Assembly (NCBI RefSeq): GCF_000009045.1
Contig: NC_000964.3
Span: 2,790,001-2,822,000 of the forward strand
DNA from: Bacillus subtilis subsp. subtilis str. 168
GTDB lineage: Bacteria > Bacillota > Bacilli > Bacillales > Bacillaceae
Direction: 5' to 3'
DNA length: 32,000 nt
Shown here: one piece after another, positions 30,529 through 32,000 of the stretch
How positions within the stretch are numbered: position 1 is the stretch's first letter
Layout of the letters: every line of letters begins with the position of its first letter
Notes under the pieces: model-generated
What the model saw: only the letters and a program-made list of their open reading frames with translations
Told to the model about the DNA's origin: nothing
Database searches by the model: none
Translations under genes and position numbers: made by a program

Positions 30529-32000
30529 TTAGTTCATGACGCGGCGCACAGAATAGATATCTCTAATCTGTTTAATACGCTCGACGACTTTATGCAAGTG
30601 ATTGATATTCTGGATAAAAATCGCCATATGGATGGTTGCCACTTTATTGCGATCCGATTTGCCAGAGACAGATGAAATATTGGTTTTCGTTTCATTCACT
30701 GCCTGGAGTACCTCGTTCAGCAATCCGCGGCGGTCATACCCAAGAATCTCTATCTCAACATTGTATTCCTTGCGCTTTTGAACTTGTGACTCATGTTCCC
30801 ACTCTACCGGGATCAGCCGCTCTTGGGCTTCATTCGTTTTGACATTCGGACAGTCTTCGCGATGGACCGAAACCCCTCTGCCTTTTGTGATAAAGCCGAC
30901 AATATCATCACCTGGCACAGGATTGCAGCATTTTGATAAACGGACAAGGAGGTTGTCAATGCCCTTGACACGAACGCCAGCTTCCCGTTTTCTTCCTTGC
31001 GGGTATGGCTTAGGTTCCCCAGTGACTTCCTGAACGATCTTTTCCTGTTCTTCCTGGTCGCGCTGCTTTCTCTCTTTTTCTGTTAGGCGGTTCGCCACCT
31101 GCAGAGCTGTGATGCCGTTGTAACCGACCGCCGCGTACATATCCTCTTCATTTGAGAAATTAAATTTGTCAGCAACCTTTTGAATATTCTCCGGCGTTAA
31201 AACATCCTTCAATTCAAAATCCAAGTTTTTAATTTCTTTTTCGACCAGCTCACGGCCTTTTTCGACATTTTCTTCACGCCGCTGTTTCTTAAAGAATTGA
31301 CGGATTTTATGCTTCGCTTGGGATGTTTGGGCAAGCTTCACCCAATCCTGGCTCGGACCGTAGGAATGCTTAGAGGTGAGAATTTCAACGATATCACCTG
31401 TCCGAAGCTTATGGTCAAGCGTAACCATTTTTCCGTTTACTTTGGCACCGATTGTTTTATTGCCGATTTCAGAGTGAATCCGGTAAGAAAAGTCAATCGG
31501 AACAGAACCGGACGGAAGCTCGATTACATCTCCTTTTGGCGTAAAGACATACACCATGTCAGAGAACAAATCAATTTTGAGCGATTCCATAAATTCTTCT
31601 GCATCTGTCGATTCATTTTGAAATTCTAAAATTTCACGGAACCAAGAAAGCTTTTTCTCAAAGGTTGCACCTTCATTGGCTGCTTTCCCTTCTTTATAAG
31701 CCCAGTGAGCCGCAACCCCGTATTCCGCTATTTCATGCATTTCAAAGGTGCGGATCTGCACTTCAAGCGGATCGCCTTTAGGCCCAATAACCGTTGTATG
31801 AAGCGATTGATACATATTCGGCTTCGGCATTGCGATATAATCTTTGAATCTGCCTGGCATCGGTTTCCAGCATGTGTGAATGATGCCAAGCACCGCGTAG
31901 CAGTCCTTTATGCTATTCACAAGAATACGGACAGCCAACAAATCGTAAATTTCATTGAATTGCTTATTTTGCAGCACCATTTTTCGATAAATGCTGTAAA
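30529..32000 (-). CDS. relA: Bifunctional (p)ppGpp synthetase/hydrolase RelA, N-terminal part beyond window
   Basis: [75 protein letters not shown] and ACT domains. Frame stays open to 32000; the track's 31980 start is internal. Confidence 0.97.
   Translation of the reverse strand, partial: YSIYRKMVLQNKQFNEIYDLLAVRILVNSIKDCYAVLGIIHTCWKPMPGRFKDYIAMPKPNMYQSLHTTVIGPKGDPLEVQIRTFEMHEIAEYGVAAHWAYKEGKAANEGATFEKKLSWFREILEFQNESTDAEEFMESLKIDLFSDMVYVFTPKGDVIELPSGSVPIDFSYRIHSEIGNKTIGAKVNGKMVTLDHKLRTGDIVEILTSKHSYGPSQDWVKLAQTSQAKHKIRQFFKKQRREENVEKGRELVEKEIKNLDFELKDVLTPENIQKVADKFNFSNEEDMYAAVGYNGITALQVANRLTEKERKQRDQEEQEKIVQEVTGEPKPYPQGRKREAGVRVKGIDNLLVRLSKCCNPVPGDDIVGFITKGRGVSVHREDCPNVKTNEAQERLIPVEWEHESQVQKRKEYNVEIEILGYDRRGLLNEVLQAVNETKTNISSVSGKSDRNKVATIHMAIFIQNINHLHKVVERIKQIRDIYSVRRVMN

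Noticed and set aside
31297-31629. 110-aa + ORF opposite relA
   Set aside because: Antisense shadow of conserved RelA sequence.

Overview
This window looks like Bacillus subtilis-group core chromosome, by recall of protein families and gene order (no database search was run). Most genes are on the minus strand. In window order: pbpI (partial), greA, udk, yrrO-yrrN-yrrM (trhP2/trhP1/trmR), mltG (yrrL), yrzB, yrrK, yrzL, T-box-alaS, yrrI, glnQHMP (+), yrzQ, yrzR, yrrD, recD2, yrrB, mnmA/trmU, cysteine desulfurase, cymR, rarA (+), tcdA/yrvM, 6S-1 RNA (bsrA), aspS, hisS with upstream T-box, yrzK, yrvJ (+), dtd, relA (partial). I see no mobile element, CRISPR array, phage island or convincing new multi-gene system. 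The most interesting signals are: (i) dtd appears to lack a start codon, with AAG where MRLVVQRV should begin, although the Shine-Dalgarno (SD) sequence is intact; (ii) 6S-1 RNA with an encoded product-RNA template in the tcdA-aspS gap; (iii) both T-box operon promoters have the upstream gene's TGA stop at the same position inside the -35 TTGACA; (iv) the greA terminator hairpin contains the pbpI SD; (v) strong hairpins in the glnQHMP operon; (vi) a dense tRNA charging/modification neighbourhood. ORF-track starts were corrected where an SD sequence argued for a downstream start.
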